A stretch of DNA of 64,000 nucleotides from the human T2T-CHM13v2.0 reference genome, Homo sapiens (GCF_009914755.1 NC_060947.1); one strand, 5' to 3'; shown: positions 15,217 through 29,810, counted from the first letter of the stretch. Numbers and translations: made by a program. The notes: generated from the letters alone by a model not told the origin.

Positions 15217-15569
15217 TCAAATATCCTAAGGCACAGTTCCAAAAACAATTCCAAAACTGTGTTAAAAATATCTTCATTGAAGCAAAATTACATATTATTT
15301 TACTAATTCAAACTGCATTCTCCAAAATTAGCCCAGATTTCTGGCATTATAGCACACCTATACATACCCTGTGATTCCTGAGTTAATTGGCAAATATGCT
15401 CCTCCAGGAAATTATTGTTGATTAATAGCCTATTTGGAAACAAACATATTAAGAATAAGATAGTTTTGAAGTAAAATTAAAATTGCTTTAGAAACAGAGT
15501 ATTTGAATATACTTTGTTCAGTCTGTATCCAAATCCTGAGCAACACCCAATACATTAAATAAGTCTTCC

Positions 15570-15815
15570 TTAGAAAGAAAAACTGCTGTTTGCAACAACA
15601 TGGAATAACCTGGAGGACGTTACGCTAAGTGAACTAAGACAGAGAAAGACAAACACTACATGATCTCGCTTATATGTGGAATCTAGAAAAAGTGAAACTC
15701 ATGGTAACATAAAGTAGAATGGTGGTTAACAGGGGCTGGGGTGAGGAAATGGGGAGATATTTGTAAAAGGGTACGAACTTTTAGTTATAAGATGAATACA
15801 TTCTGAAGACCTAGA
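15570..15815 (+). mobile_element. L1MA9/10-like 3'UTR fragment
   Basis: tttgcaacaacatgga...cttatatgtggaatcta...agttataagatgaata. Confidence 0.8.
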
Positions 15816-16741
15816 AAAAGAACAAAAACCAAAACTGCTGACTTAATTCTAGCCTGTGGGGGGTGGTGAAGTAAGTAAAAATCCAGAATAAAAATAAATA
15901 AATGTTCGTAATGAAATAAAGTCAGTATTCCCCAAGGATGGCTTCATAGTGACCTTCCTTCTAAATGCCAGGACTATGCATAGGAAGTAACTGAGACTTA
16001 TGGCCCAGTGGGGCCAATGATCACTTTCAAACCCAATGTTAAGGGTGATAAAATGATATCCGGTTAATGTGATTTTCTCTAACATTATCACTTTTTTATG
16101 CATGGATTGCTGTTCTTGGACAACAGATTCACAAACTCACCATAGGTTTTCTTTCAACACCTTTATTGGATACTGTGACATACATCCACTATAGGTGTAC
16201 AGTCTGTATCTTCTTTAAATGAAGAATTTGTTGACTCAGGGGCAAAGACGAACTGTCGTGCAATGGCTGGTTGATAAAGTTGGTACTCAGGGTGCCCAAA
16301 GCAAGATGATTCTGACATAACAATTTAGTTACAGAGTTCCCTGTGGGTGTCAGCTGGAGCTTTTTTTTTTTTTCTTTCTTTCTTTTTTTGGCCTGCCAAG
16401 CATTTTGGCTCCTGCCTAATCCTGCTTATTTACTCTTTCTTCCACATGTGGACCCAAGCATACTCTCTAACCAATATTTTGAGATATAAACTCAACTACA
16501 CTTCTCAAGGAACCCAACCAACAGACAACATCTGCAGTATTGATTGATTGATTTCTAGAATGTTTGACAATATGACATTGAGAATTATTAACCATGTTGT
16601 TTTCTATTTTCCAGTCAAATCCTTTTAATCCCATTAGTAGGTTAGGTTTTTGTTGCATTTCACCAGCAAACAAAGAGGAAAAAGCAGGGATAGAATACAA
16701 ATTTTAAAGTAAATATGATATGAATAATTAAGATGGCATTC

Positions 16742-17240
16742 TCATGAGAACACTTTTACATTCACTCTGTTAGTATATTCAGGAATATAATATAATTTTA
16801 ACTATAGTCACCATGTTGTACAATAGAGATCTTGAACTTATTCCTTCTAGCTAACTCAAATTTTGTATCCTTTGACCAACATCTCACCAACCCCCTCCCT
16901 CACAGCCACACCAACCTCTGGTAAGTACCATTCTACTCTCTAATTCAGTGAGATCAACTTTTTTATATTTCACATATAAGTGAGATCCTGTGGTATTTTT
17001 ACATAATGGCCTTTGGGTACATCCATATTGTCACAAATGACAGAATTTCCTTTTGCATGGCTGAATAGTATTCCATTGTGTATATGTACTACATTTTCTT
17101 CATTCATTCATTGACAACTATGTGAGTTAACACATATGTACATTAGCTAGATTCTACAATGTATATATATATTTTAAAACATCATGTTATACATGATAAA
17201 TACATAAAATTTTATCTATCAATGTAAAACATAAACAAGA
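16742..17240. mobile_element. L1MA (MA6-8-like) 3' end with 5' inversion
   Basis: Antisense segment 16742-17114 joined to a sense terminal segment 17115-17240; the two are adjacent in the L1MA consensus. Confidence 0.8.
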
Positions 17241-17838
17241 TAAAAATACACTACATTTCTGCCATCTTTCTTCCATATTTGTAATATAAATGAATTTGAG
17301 TTATAAAAACATTGTATTGTTTACACCCTGAATGTAATACATTGAGATTTGTATCTGCTGTACACATTAAATAGATTTGTAGCTTTCATTCATTTTACTA
17401 CCTATAAATTTGATGTTTTGACTTATTGATTTCAAAAGTAAATTCTGAGAGGAAAAATTTTGCTCTTTGCCTTAAAAGTCAGGGCAAATCTTTCTTTTAC
17501 TCCATTTGATATTTTCATTTTTTTCTGAAGCAAGAATGTTTTTATTTGAACAGGCAAGAATCAGTTATGCAGTTTATTGATCAACAAGTATTCATTGGTT
17601 ATCTTCTGTTTTCCATATGTATTTGCCTCAATGGAGGATAATACCATCTTAGAAACTGCAGAATATCACCATATCTTATCATGAATTCATAGGCTGTAGA
17701 GCCAGAAACTCAACAGAAACCAAACACCTCAATAATATCTCATCTATGTATTTTTATTAGTAGTATATTAAACTGTCATGAAGAGCATGTTTGTTCAAAA
17801 ATGTATGTGCCTGGAGCTCTTTTAAGAAATTTGCATAT

Positions 17839-18435
17839 TGTATCAGTCAGGGTTCAATCAGAGAAGCAGAACTTCTAGGAGTGATATAAAGTTGGAAATT
17901 TTTTATAGGAATTTGACCTTGGGAAATTGTGGGTGCAGGTTAAACGGATTGTGGATGACTGTCATTTCTGCATCTGGTGCTGATCCTAATGTAAACAGTG
18001 CAGACAGTAAAAAGAAGACAGATGTGACATGAAAGAAAGTAAGGACAAACTGGAACCAATGAGGACAAGCTTTAATGCACATTAGTCTTTCTCTGCTTCC
18101 AAACCTCCTTCAATAATGGGATGTCTTGCAGGACAAGCTTGTGTCCTTTTCTCCAGGTCTACACAAGCACCAGCACAGAAGCTATAGAAGCTTAAGTAAG
18201 AAACCAAATAGAAGCTGGAATAGTTGTGGGCCCAGCTGCTACCTAACACTAACAAGGTGAGCCAGCAGATCAGCGAAAACCTTCATGACCTGCAACAGGA
18301 ACTGATGTCTTGCACTGGGCTTCTGAGTATAAAAAGCATACTCTTTGCCCTTCCAATTCCCAGGCAAGATGTCTCTATTAAGAAAAGAGAATTCTGAGAA
18401 AGTTCAGGCTTAGCTAAGTTGACATGGTACAAGCC
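17839..18435 (-). mobile_element. MLT2-like (ERVL) LTR
   Basis: Begins tgtatcagtcagggttcaatcagagaagcagaac and ends ...tagctaagttgacat. Confidence 0.7.
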
Positions 18436-18479
18436 CGTTATATATACATGAACATACATAATCCTTGCACTAACCCTAT

Positions 18480-18919
<440 letters not shown>

Positions 18920-18934
18920 CAAAATGATAATTTC

Positions 18935-19680
18935 TAAAACTAGAACGACCATATGATTCAGCAATCCCACTTCTGGATGTGTATCCAAAGGAATTGAAAT
19001 CAAAATCTCTAAGAGATAACTGTGCTCCCATGTTCATCACAGCATTATTTACAATAGCCAAGATATGGAAACAACCTAAATGTCCATTGATGGATGAACA
19101 GATAAAGAAATTGTGGTGCGCACATACAATGGAATATTATTCAGCTTTTAAAAAGAAAGAAATCCTGCCATTTGCAACAACATAGTTGGACCTGGAGCGC
19201 ATTGTATTAAATGAAGCAAGCCAGGCACAGAAAGACAAATATAGTAGTGTATGATCTCACTTATATGTAGAATCTAAAATAGTCAAACTCTTAGAAGAGA
19301 GTAAAATGGTGGTTTCCAGGGTCTGGGAGAAGAGATAAATGGCGAAGTGATGGTTAAAGGGCTAAAGTTTCAGTTATATAAGATAGGCAAGTTCTGGAAA
19401 TCTACTATACAACATAGTATTTATATGTAACAGCAGAGTATTGTATACTTAACATTTGCTAAGAGGATAGATCTTTTGTTAAATGTCACCACAAAAATCC
19501 ACAGTAGGAATAATAAAGGGAATGGGAGGAAGCTGGGAGGTGCTGGATGTGTTTATGACCTTGATGGTGATGACAGTTTCGCAGGTGTGTACTTATTCCT
19601 AAAGTTATCAAGATGTAGACATTAAATATGTACAGCTTTTATATGTCAGTAGTACACCAATAAAGTGGTTTAAAATAATA
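18935..19680 (+). mobile_element. L1MB1/2-like 3' end
   Basis: ORF2 C-terminus ([20 protein letters not shown]) and 3' end cattaaatatgtacagctttt...caataaagtggttt. Confidence 0.9.
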
Positions 19681-19799
19681 ATAATCATCATCATCATCCT
19701 CATCATCATTTGAAGGCATAGGTGAAAGAACCAAAACAGGCAGAAACTAGGGGGGAAACTTTCCTTGAAGGAAGGTAACTATGCTTGGTGAAATTTGTG

Positions 19800-20432
19800 A
19801 GGTAATCTTTTGGCCTTATAAAGTTCCCTACTTTAAAGACCTTTATAAAGTATAAGCACACAAAAAAACCGCAGCCCAAAAGGCTTGAAGTATGAGAGGA
19901 CAGAGTTAGGGACAGCAGAGCAGAAAGTTAGTAATTCTGGAAGTCAGGGAGCAGCAGAGGCAGCAAGTCCCAATATCTGTGTATAAAATCTACCAAACCT
20001 TAGCTGATCTCTAAAGCGTGATAAAGATCCCAAGAGGCCCAGTAAAATCTCAGTAGATGTAAACTGAAAGAAGTAAGTGACATTTCATCTTCTGCAGCCC
20101 ACAGGAGAGATAGAGTTTGGAGCTTGAGTCCCTCCAAGTTATCTACTTGAATGAAAATTACTCTTCAGAGGAACAGAATTTAGACTCTACACAAACCATT
20201 CATATCTAGTATTCTATAGAAAAATCACTGGACTTGTAAAAGAATAGAAAAACATGATGTACACTCAAGAAAAAATATAGTCAATAAACCATCCCTAAGA
20301 TGACACAGATGTTGCAATTTTCAGACAAGGACTTTAAAGCAACTGTTAAATATTTTCAACAACTTAAAAGAAAATATATACACATAAATAACCAAATAAT
20401 GAATCTTAGCAGAGAAATGGAAACAATATATA
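19800..20432 (+). mobile_element. Old L1M 5'/ORF1-region fragment
   Basis: aagatgacacagatgttgcaattttcagacaaggactttaaagca...tcttagcagagaaatggaaac. Confidence 0.65.
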
Positions 20433-20889
20433 GTTTCAGAGCCCTTAGCTGGGAGATTGCAGGAACAGGAAATATATGAGTTTTGATGAAATTGAGTGGA
20501 CAAGGAAGAAAATGTCAAGAGATGAGGAGAGAGATATTTCAGTAAGATAGATCATGTACAACATTATAGACCATTGTAAGGATTTGGGCCTTTATTCAAG
20601 TGAAACAACAAGTAATTGGAGGGATTTGAGAAGAAAAGTGACATTACTTGACTTCTCCTTAGTACTTTAACTGCACTGCTGAGAAGAGACACTGGAGAGA
20701 GAAACAAGAAACTAGGAAGGAAGACTGATTAGAAGGATTAGGAGACTGGATCGATGATGATGGCATAAACCTGTGTGGTAGTAGTGAAATTTATGTGAAG
20801 TGAATATATTCTGATGGTAAAGAAAGAGAATATGTTGATGGTTTGGATATGACTCCAGGATTTTTTGACTAAGCAGCTAGGAGGTGTAG

Positions 20890-21396
<507 letters not shown>

Positions 21397-21901
21397 CTAT
21401 TTGCCGACTTCAGGAAAAGCATGTTTTATGGACAGGGAGAGGTAGGTTGAATTTAGACATTTTATGCATTTGGAGATGTTTAGTAAATAATAAATAATAA
21501 ATTTTTCTTAAATATAAAGCATTTTACACTTAAAAAACCCATCCAGTCACCAAGAATTTCTATTCATGTATATTAAGCCTCCAAGTATAAATACCTAAAT
21601 ACTAGCAAGTCATGTTTATTCAGCCTTTTATACAGTATTTTGAGAGAATGGTCAAGTTTAACCCATTCAATGGTTTGAAATATCAGTGGGCATCTCTACA
21701 AGCAGTAAAATTATTCAAAACAAATTTCTGGTTTGATTAGAAAAAGTAGTGTGTAAAGTCATTTCAAAAAGGTTTTTAAATTAACTGGATTTTTTCCTAA
21801 TATTTATACCTATTCAGTGGAGTGATATCGGCACCAATATGACATCATCAATGAATATTTTACATTTGATTTTAAAGGATTTCTTGGGACTCCCTTATGT
21901 A

Positions 21902-22230
21902 TAGTAATCTCCTTTTATCCACAGGGGCATATGTTCCAAGACCCCCACTGAATTCCTGAAACTGTAGCTAGTATCAAATCCTATATACACTATGTGTTTT
22001 TTTATCCATACATTTCTCTTATAAAGCTTAATTTATAGATTAGGCACAGTAATAAAATAGAACAATTATAAAAATATTCTGCAGTAAGAGTTATGTGGCT
22101 ATGGTCTCTTTCTCAAAATATCTTATTATACTGTACTCACCTATTTTTGGACCGCCGTTGACCTCAGGAAACTGAAACGATGGAAATTCAAATCACAGAA
22201 ATCAAAACCCTAGATAAGGGGAGACCACAG
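21902..22230 (-). mobile_element. MER44A (TcMar-Tigger MITE)
   Basis: ttccaagacccccactg...tactgtactcacctattttggaccgccgttgacc...gataagggg; degenerate TIRs flanked by TA. Confidence 0.85.
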
Positions 22231-23261
22231 TATCCACTGTTAAGCTGCAGCAAAGTTAATTCTTGCTTTTGTCAGAAGTGTCTGTGAGTGAATCAAGATA
22301 TTATCAGTGAATCTGGCCACTGCTACCACCCCCAGGATCTAACCCAGACAAGCTACTCTTTATAGACCTAGCCAGAAAGAACATATTAACAAAGAAAATG
22401 TGTTAATATAACCAGATAAATGGTTGTGGTAATTCCAATATTGATACAAGAATAACAGGAATTCCATTGTGAGTAAATAACACATTAGCTTCATGTCTGG
22501 GTCACTTGGACTTTTTAAAGAACTGATGACTTTAAAAACTGAAGAAATATTCAAAATCTTATAGTGCACAGAAAATTATAAAAATATTTTTATTTTTCCA
22601 TATTGGCTTGTAATTATGTATGCTATAAGTTTTAGGTAGTATTAAATAAACTGTGTGTCTCTGTATATATGTGTGGAAAATATATGTGTGGAAATTGTAA
22701 ATTTGTGTTTTCACACATTGGCGTAGAGTTGCTTATGATATTTTCTTTAAATCTATTTTATCTTTAGTTGTGCCCACTCAGTTTCTAATACATTTCAGAT
22801 GTTCTTTATCTCATTTTTATTTTACTTCATATATTGGATACATAAATAATTAGCATTCAATCATCTTTCCTGTGCTTTGATTTTCTTCTAAGTACTGTTA
22901 AACAATTTTATATGCAGTGGTTTTGTCGTAATTCATTTCCGAGGAATTTACTAATTTTCCTTTTGATTTCTCCAACCCATAAACTTTCATTTTTAAACTC
23001 CTAAACTATATAAGGTTTTTCAATAATCTTTTTATTTTTGATTGCTAAATTGTCCTTCTGTTACAGAATATAGTCGCTGTGATACAGACTTTGAATTTGG
23101 TAAGCCTTCATTTATAACCTAGATTATGACCAAATTTTATCAATATTCTTTGTGTGTTTGTTATTAAAATATATACTTTCTTGTTCAGATATAATACTTA
23201 ATAAACTTGATTTTATTGTGTCTCAACTCATTCTAAATTCATATTTTAAAAAATCTGCTTT

Positions 23262-23385
23262 ATTTCCATGTTGCGCTTATTTCACATTGCGTGCCTATAT
23301 CAAAACAACTCATGTACCCTATAAATATATACACCTACTATGTACCCACAAAAATTTCAGAAAGATTAAAAAACAAAAACAAGTT
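23262..23385 (+). mobile_element. L1MA1-like extreme 3' end
   Basis: cttatttcacattgc...ctcatgtaccctataaatatatacacctactatgtacccacaaaaatt plus A-rich tail. Confidence 0.85.
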
Positions 23386-23650
23386 TCTATTTTTTGACAA
23401 GCATTTGAAAACACTCCTGGTCCAATTTTGCAATTGTCTATACCCCTTGAAATACTGATAATTTTTGCTCTACATATTAGGTGCATACTGATTACATATT
23501 TTTATTCTACTAATGAACTTAAATTATCATTCTATTATGACAGTCTAGAAATCCTTCTGTCTTCATATTTACTTTATAATAATTGAGAGGCTAAGATACA
23601 CACTTAAAACATAAGGAAGTAAATTTTTAGAAATTAAAAAATATGGAAGT

Positions 23651-23651
23651 A

Positions 23652-23685
<34 letters not shown>

Positions 23686-23815
23686 GTACATAGTAGGTGT
23701 ATATATTTATAGGGTACATGAGATGTTTTGATATAGGCACGCAATGTGAAATGTTATATAGAGAAATATATATATATAGAGAGAGAGAGAGGTAGACAGA
23801 GAGAGAGAGAGAGAT
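23651..23815. repeat. (TC)n(TA)n...(TA)n(GA)n palindromic microsatellite carrying a 67-bp inverted copy of 23279-23345
   Basis: The reverse complement of 23686-23752 matches 23279-23345 at 66/67 positions. Confidence 0.9.
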
Positions 23816-23971
23816 CTATATTACCTATGTCTGCATATCCATATTTCTATATCCCTGTCTATATACCCATGTCTGTCTATTTTACAGAGACTTCAGATCT
23901 TTTGCATTTATAGTAATTGCTGATACATTAAATAATTTTAACACATGGTTTTCATTTTCTGCTTGTTCTGA

Positions 23972-24331
<360 letters not shown>

Positions 24332-26147
24332 TAATGCACATGCATTTTTAACATCCTCATTTAACTTAATAAATGTTAAAGATAGTGTCACTATCTTTCT
24401 CTGAAACAACACGATGACCTTCAAAAATTAACTTCAGTGTCTCTTATTTTATATTACATATTACAAAGTATTGTCCATTATGTTGATCTTACACATTCGT
24501 TATTTGGTTACTAGTGTCTTTGTGTCTTTGTTCACCCATCCTTCTGACTTACCTGTCTTTCTAGGTGCTTTAATTTTCATGTTGAAGTGTATATTTGGAA
24601 ATTCTTTCAGGGAATGTCCCTCCTTTTCTCTCTCTGTCTGAAAATGTCTTCACTGTAGTTATTCTTGAATAGTATAAAGAGTAGTACTATATTGGCTCTT
24701 CCCAGATGTCGTGTGGAAATTTGCAACCAGGAACCATTTTTTTGTGTGTGAATTTCTCAAACTAGGATTTATTAGTCTGGAGAAATAATAAAATTAAACT
24801 TACCACATGTGTGAGACAGACATATGTTTTTGATTTCTCAGATTTTTAAAAATCCCATCAAGAAGGAAGTCAGAGGCAGGTGAGCTTCCCTGTTTCCTTT
24901 TGCGGCTGAGTGTTTTTTTAAGTCTACTTTCTCTCCATATATTTGAGGATCCTGGATTGATGTACAGATAGATCTCGGTTTCAGCTACCTTACCTCCCTT
25001 GTGTATATGGCTAATAAAACCCCTTGGTAACTAAGATGGGTGAATCCTCATCATGTTTTTAAAAGGAAGTCAATTTAATTAAAGGCATCTCTAATGTCTA
25101 ATACATGATATTTTTGAATTTATTGATAGATTTTGTATAAATCTCTATTTAATCTCATTTTGGTTTCATCAATATATCAACATCTACAGATTACAGTAGA
25201 TGACCGTTAATATTATCTATGTCTTTTCATTTGAAGGTTATTATATGTATGATTTCCATTTTTATTGTTTTATAATCCTCTTAGACTTTTTGCTTAATTA
25301 AGCCAATATTTTTAAATATTTTTTTGTTCTGATCCTGGTCTTTTAGTTTTGTGTACTGCTAGTAACTTGGTAATATAAGCCAACATATAAATGATAATAT
25401 TGATTACTAGTCATAATAACAGAGGAAATGGAATATTATATCTGAAGTGTCTGATTTATCTTTCATTCTCAATACTTTGCAGCTATGGCACATAATCTAA
25501 ATGCAAATAGATGAAGTTTGTCTTACAATTATTCTACAAAGAGCACAACTACTTCAATTTAATGAGCATACTGACATGTGATATTACTGTTATCCCACAG
25601 TAACTTCTAAAATCTCTCAGAAAACTGTGTGAGAAAAAAAAAGTGAACTGCAAGAGGGGTTGTCATAAAAAATCCCTAATTGGGTACTATATAAAGTGAA
25701 GCTACTTCACATCTTTTCTTTCTCCTTTCACTTCCAGCCACAAATACAATGAGTTTCCAGTTTCTAAGAGGAGGAAGTGGCATAAAACTTTCTAACTACA
25801 GATCACGTTTATAAAGAGGTAAATGCAAGTTTTCTTCATGGTAAAGAGAAATAAATTCAAATTGCAATCCTAGTTACATTTTGAATGTAAAATTCAAAAG
25901 AATGGAAAGAAAATAATTTTTGTAAAAATTAATACTAATGTATGAAATATCGAAATGAAATTTCTCAGCCAAAAAATTAAGCTAATTTGTCCAATCTTTA
26001 AAACGCTTTATTTTCTACTGCATATATACTTTGTCTTTAAATTTTAAGTCTAAAGCTTTAGAAAATAAGCCCACTTCGAGGCTGACCCAGTTTTGTTGAT
26101 AGTATGCTCAATATAAGATGGTTTGTCTCATGAAATCTAACCGCTCT

Positions 26148-26198
26148 CTATAGATAGATAGATAGATAGATCCATCCATCCATTCATACATACATAGA
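26148..26198. repeat. (TAGA)n(TCCA)n(TACA)n compound STR
   Basis: Seen directly. Confidence 0.85.
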
Positions 26199-26215
26199 CT
26201 ATAAAAATCACTTCC

Positions 26216-26479
26216 ATAATCCCAGCACTTTGGGAGGCTATGGTGGGAGGATGACTTGAGCTCAGGAGTTCAAGCCCCGCAGCCTGAGGAATACAGGGAA
26301 ACTTTGTCTCTCCAAAAAAAAAAAAAAAAAAAAAAAGCCACCGGTGTAGTCCCAGCTACTTTGGGAGACTGAAGTGGGAGGATCACTTGAGCCCAGGAGG
26401 TCGAGGCTGCAATGAACTGTGATCATGCCACCTCACCCTGGACTGAACAAGACTCTCTCAAAAAAAAAAAAAAAAAAAA
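26216..26479 (+). mobile_element. AluJ, degraded
   Basis: ggaggatcacttgagcccaggaggtcgaggctgca; TSD-like aaaaatcac. Confidence 0.9.
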
Positions 26480-26959
26480 TCACCACAAACTGGAAAATTA
26501 GGCTGTGACTCTAATAAGGAAAAGTTCACATTTTCAAGGAGCTCAAGTTCAGTGTTACAGGTGAGAAAGTCGACTTCATTTGTATTTTTTACTATTAATC
26601 AAACAATTTGTAACTATATTATGTTAAATAAGATGAGAATTATAATGCTGTAAAATACGATTAAATTATATAGTAAATGTTACTAAATATTTTTGTACAG
26701 AAATAAATTCTCACAGTAGCTTCTACCTAGTATCTTAGTTCCTCCCTTTACAAGTCTGATTTGTTTTTCACTAGGATTTTTACCAGAAAATCCTTCTTAC
26801 ATTTGTAGATGTACAAAACCTTATAAATATTTTCTTCAAAATAAAAAATAAATCTTATTTTTTTCCTCTTTTGACATAATATAAAACATTCTCACAACTG
26901 TGATTGCTGTATTTTGAATTGGCTCTAGTTTGCCTAACTTCTCTTGAAACTGCTATATA

Positions 26960-28170
26960 AGGATCTGAATGCAGTGCTCTGGGTCTCAGCAGGTAAGACA
27001 GAGCAGGATTTTAATCATTGTAATTCTAGATGTTATATTTATAAGGAATTAAGTACTTCATATTAACTGTTTTTTGCCTTCATCTTGCCGTTCATATATT
27101 GAGCTTAATAAGTCTAAAATTCTAATCCACTCTAAAAGTGTAATCCTTAAACCCCAAGCTCCTCTAATCTTTTATATGTATACTTCTGAAATAGCAGATT
27201 AATTAAATACACCAACTGTGGCTTTCTAAAAGTAAGCTAACTTTTCTGAACTTCACGATTGCATAATCAAGGAAAATGCACCCACCTAAAAGTGTGGTTA
27301 AAAAAGAAAAAATAGATAAGTTAATGTTCAGTGTTACTCCTAGCACAAATTAAATGCACAGATTAATGTAGTATTTTCAACTAAGTAGCTATGGGCATTG
27401 TAATTTGGGAGCACCTATACAAAGTCTTTAAATGCTTCCTATTGAACTTTTCCTTGTTACATCAGGCTCATCATTCAAGGCTATTGACCTCTTTTTGGAT
27501 CCAGATTCTGTTATGCAGCAAATTTATTCTTTCCACTTTGGTATCATGTGTAATTTTGACAATCATGCCTTCCAGAACTTGATGGCAGTGATTGACAATA
27601 TTAAGCAGGACAGGTCCTTTTTTTCTGTGTGCAATCAACCACATATAATTCTACCTAACTGAACTCATTTCCAGGGCATGTGTCTACAGCCTTTCATAGG
27701 AATATCATAGGAGAAAATTTCACATGTTTTGCTGGTGTCCAGATATATGCAGTTTCTTGCTTTCCTAGCCTAATGAACTGTCATAAAATAAAGGTGGTTT
27801 AAGCTTGACATATCTTGTTCTTGTGAAGTCTCTCTGACCACTCTCAGTAAAGGCTTCTTTTGGAAGTAAAATTTTCTTTACTTAAGTGTTACTTCCCTGG
27901 AGTAACCTACAAGGCGGCAGACCTTCACAATCTATCATGTTCTGCATGGCCTGATGATGTCAAAGGAACATGCTTTGTCATAAGGCTCCTCCATCCTAAT
28001 ATAATATGGAGGTCCATATCCACCTCAGTCCTATCTCTTTTTAATATACAAAACTATCCCTGATACACAAACATATTTTCAAAGACCATCAAGGTCAACG
28101 ACAATTGCCATACATTCAATACATTCAGGGATAATTTTTCTGGATCAGGATACTTGAATTCATATTTTGG
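26960..28170 (-). mobile_element. CR1/L3 LINE fragment (RT region), interrupted by a MIR at about 27230-27390
   Basis: Antisense L3 motifs: tctttttggatccagattctgt, ctacctaactg, gaatatcataggaga...ttgctggtgtccagata, ttgttcttgtgaa, catatattgagctt. Confidence 0.75.
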
Positions 28171-28456
28171 AGCATGGTAAATTGGGAGGCTCTGGCTCCT
28201 TCACGTCAATATTTGGGCAAAGGAAAAGATAGAGAATATAAAATCAATCTAAATATTAATTATGCCATTTTCCATTATCTGTTACCAACAGCATCCACAG
28301 AACTTCCTTTCTCATACCAATTATTGCTAGAAAGCAGTGCTGCTGAAGGAGAGTAATATGTAGATGGGGAAGCTTATTACTGGTACTTCACAGATTACAT
28401 TAAGGATTATTTTTAACTTTTTATTCAACAGCATTCTACACATAAAAAAGATAAAT

Positions 28457-29080
28457 GCAGTAGGTCAAATTCTTAGATGGTGCTAAAGGGTTCCCAGCCT
28501 CTAACATATGCACACCTCTTCCAGGTATTCACTCAAACACTAATCTAAGGTACTGCTGTAAAGAGATTTTGCAAATATAATTAAGATCTCAAGTCAGTTG
28601 ACCTTAAGGTATGGTGATTATCTGGGTGGGCCTGACTTAGATCACATGAGCCCTTTGAAACCAGAGTTTTCTCCAGATAGTCATAGAAGAGGAAGTCAAA
28701 GAAATATGCTCCAGTTGGCCTGGAAACAAATATACATGTTGTAAACTGTTCTGGAGACCACATGGCAAAGAACTAAGGCGGCCTCTAGATACTAACAGCA
28801 GTTCATGACTTACAGCTAGCAGGTAACAGGACACCTCGGTCTTACAACCACAAGGAAATTAATCTCAGCAACTAGTGAGCTTGAAAGAGAACTCCAAGCC
28901 CCAGATGAGACCTACAGTCCCCAGACGACACCTACAGTCCCCAGATGACACCTTGTTGTCAGCCTGGTGAATCCCTTAGCACAGTATTCATCCATGCCAA
29001 GCCTGGAGTTATCCCTATAGAAACTGTGAGATGATAAATCTATATTGTGTTTATGGTAATGTGTTATGCAGCAATAGAAA
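28457..29080 (+). mobile_element. MLT1E-like MaLR LTR
   Basis: tcaaacactaatcta..gtactgctgtaaagagattttgca...gattatctgggtgggcctgac...gttatgcagcaatagaaaa. Confidence 0.85.
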
Positions 29081-29089
29081 AGCCCTCTA

Positions 29090-29312
29090 AGCCTGGGACA
29101 CATAGCAAGACCCTGTCTCTACAAAAGAAAAAAAAAATTAGGCAGACATGGTGCATGCCTGCAGTCTCAGCTGCTACTCGGGAAGCTGAAGTGGAGGATC
29201 ACTTGAGCCCACGAGTTTGAGGCTGCAATGAGCAATGATTGTGTCACTGCAATCCAGCCTCGGCAACAGAGCAAGATCCTTTCTCTAAAAATAAATAAGT
29301 ATGTAAATAAAA
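29090..29312 (+). mobile_element. 5'-truncated AluJ
   Basis: catagcaagaccctgtctctac...ggatcacttgagccc..gtttgaggctgca. Confidence 0.9.
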
Positions 29313-29334
29313 AGAAAGCGAATATGCCTGTATC

Positions 29335-29810
29335 ATAGGTATACAACTCAAAGAATTTTCACAAATTATAACCACTACCTGAACAAGAAATAGAACATCC
29401 CAGAAGTGTCCCTCATGCTCCCTTCCAGCCACTACCCCACTCACCATTCACCAATCCTCCACCTCTTTCCCCAGTAGTAGTAATTGCCCTGACTTTTAAC
29501 TGTATAGATTAGTGCTGTTTAAGTATTTGATTTAAATGGGATCATGCATCATGTGCTTTTCTGGCTTTTGGTTATTTAACTCAATAATTTTTTTGAAGGT
29601 TTATTCATACTGTTGCATGGGGTTGTAGATACTTCATTTCGTTGCTGCATAATATTCCATTTTGTGAATAGACCACAATTTACTTATCTATTTGACTTGC
29701 TGGCCCTGTGGGTACTTTCCAGCATGGGGCTATTCCAGTGATGCATTGCAGCATATGTATTTTGGTAGCTATACATATCCATGATACGTATATGCATATG
29801 TGTAGTTTAG
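29335..29810 (-). mobile_element. L1ME 3' end
   Basis: gtatacaactcaaagaattttcacaaa...caagaaatagaacat...aatattccattttgtgaatagaccacaattt. Confidence 0.75.
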
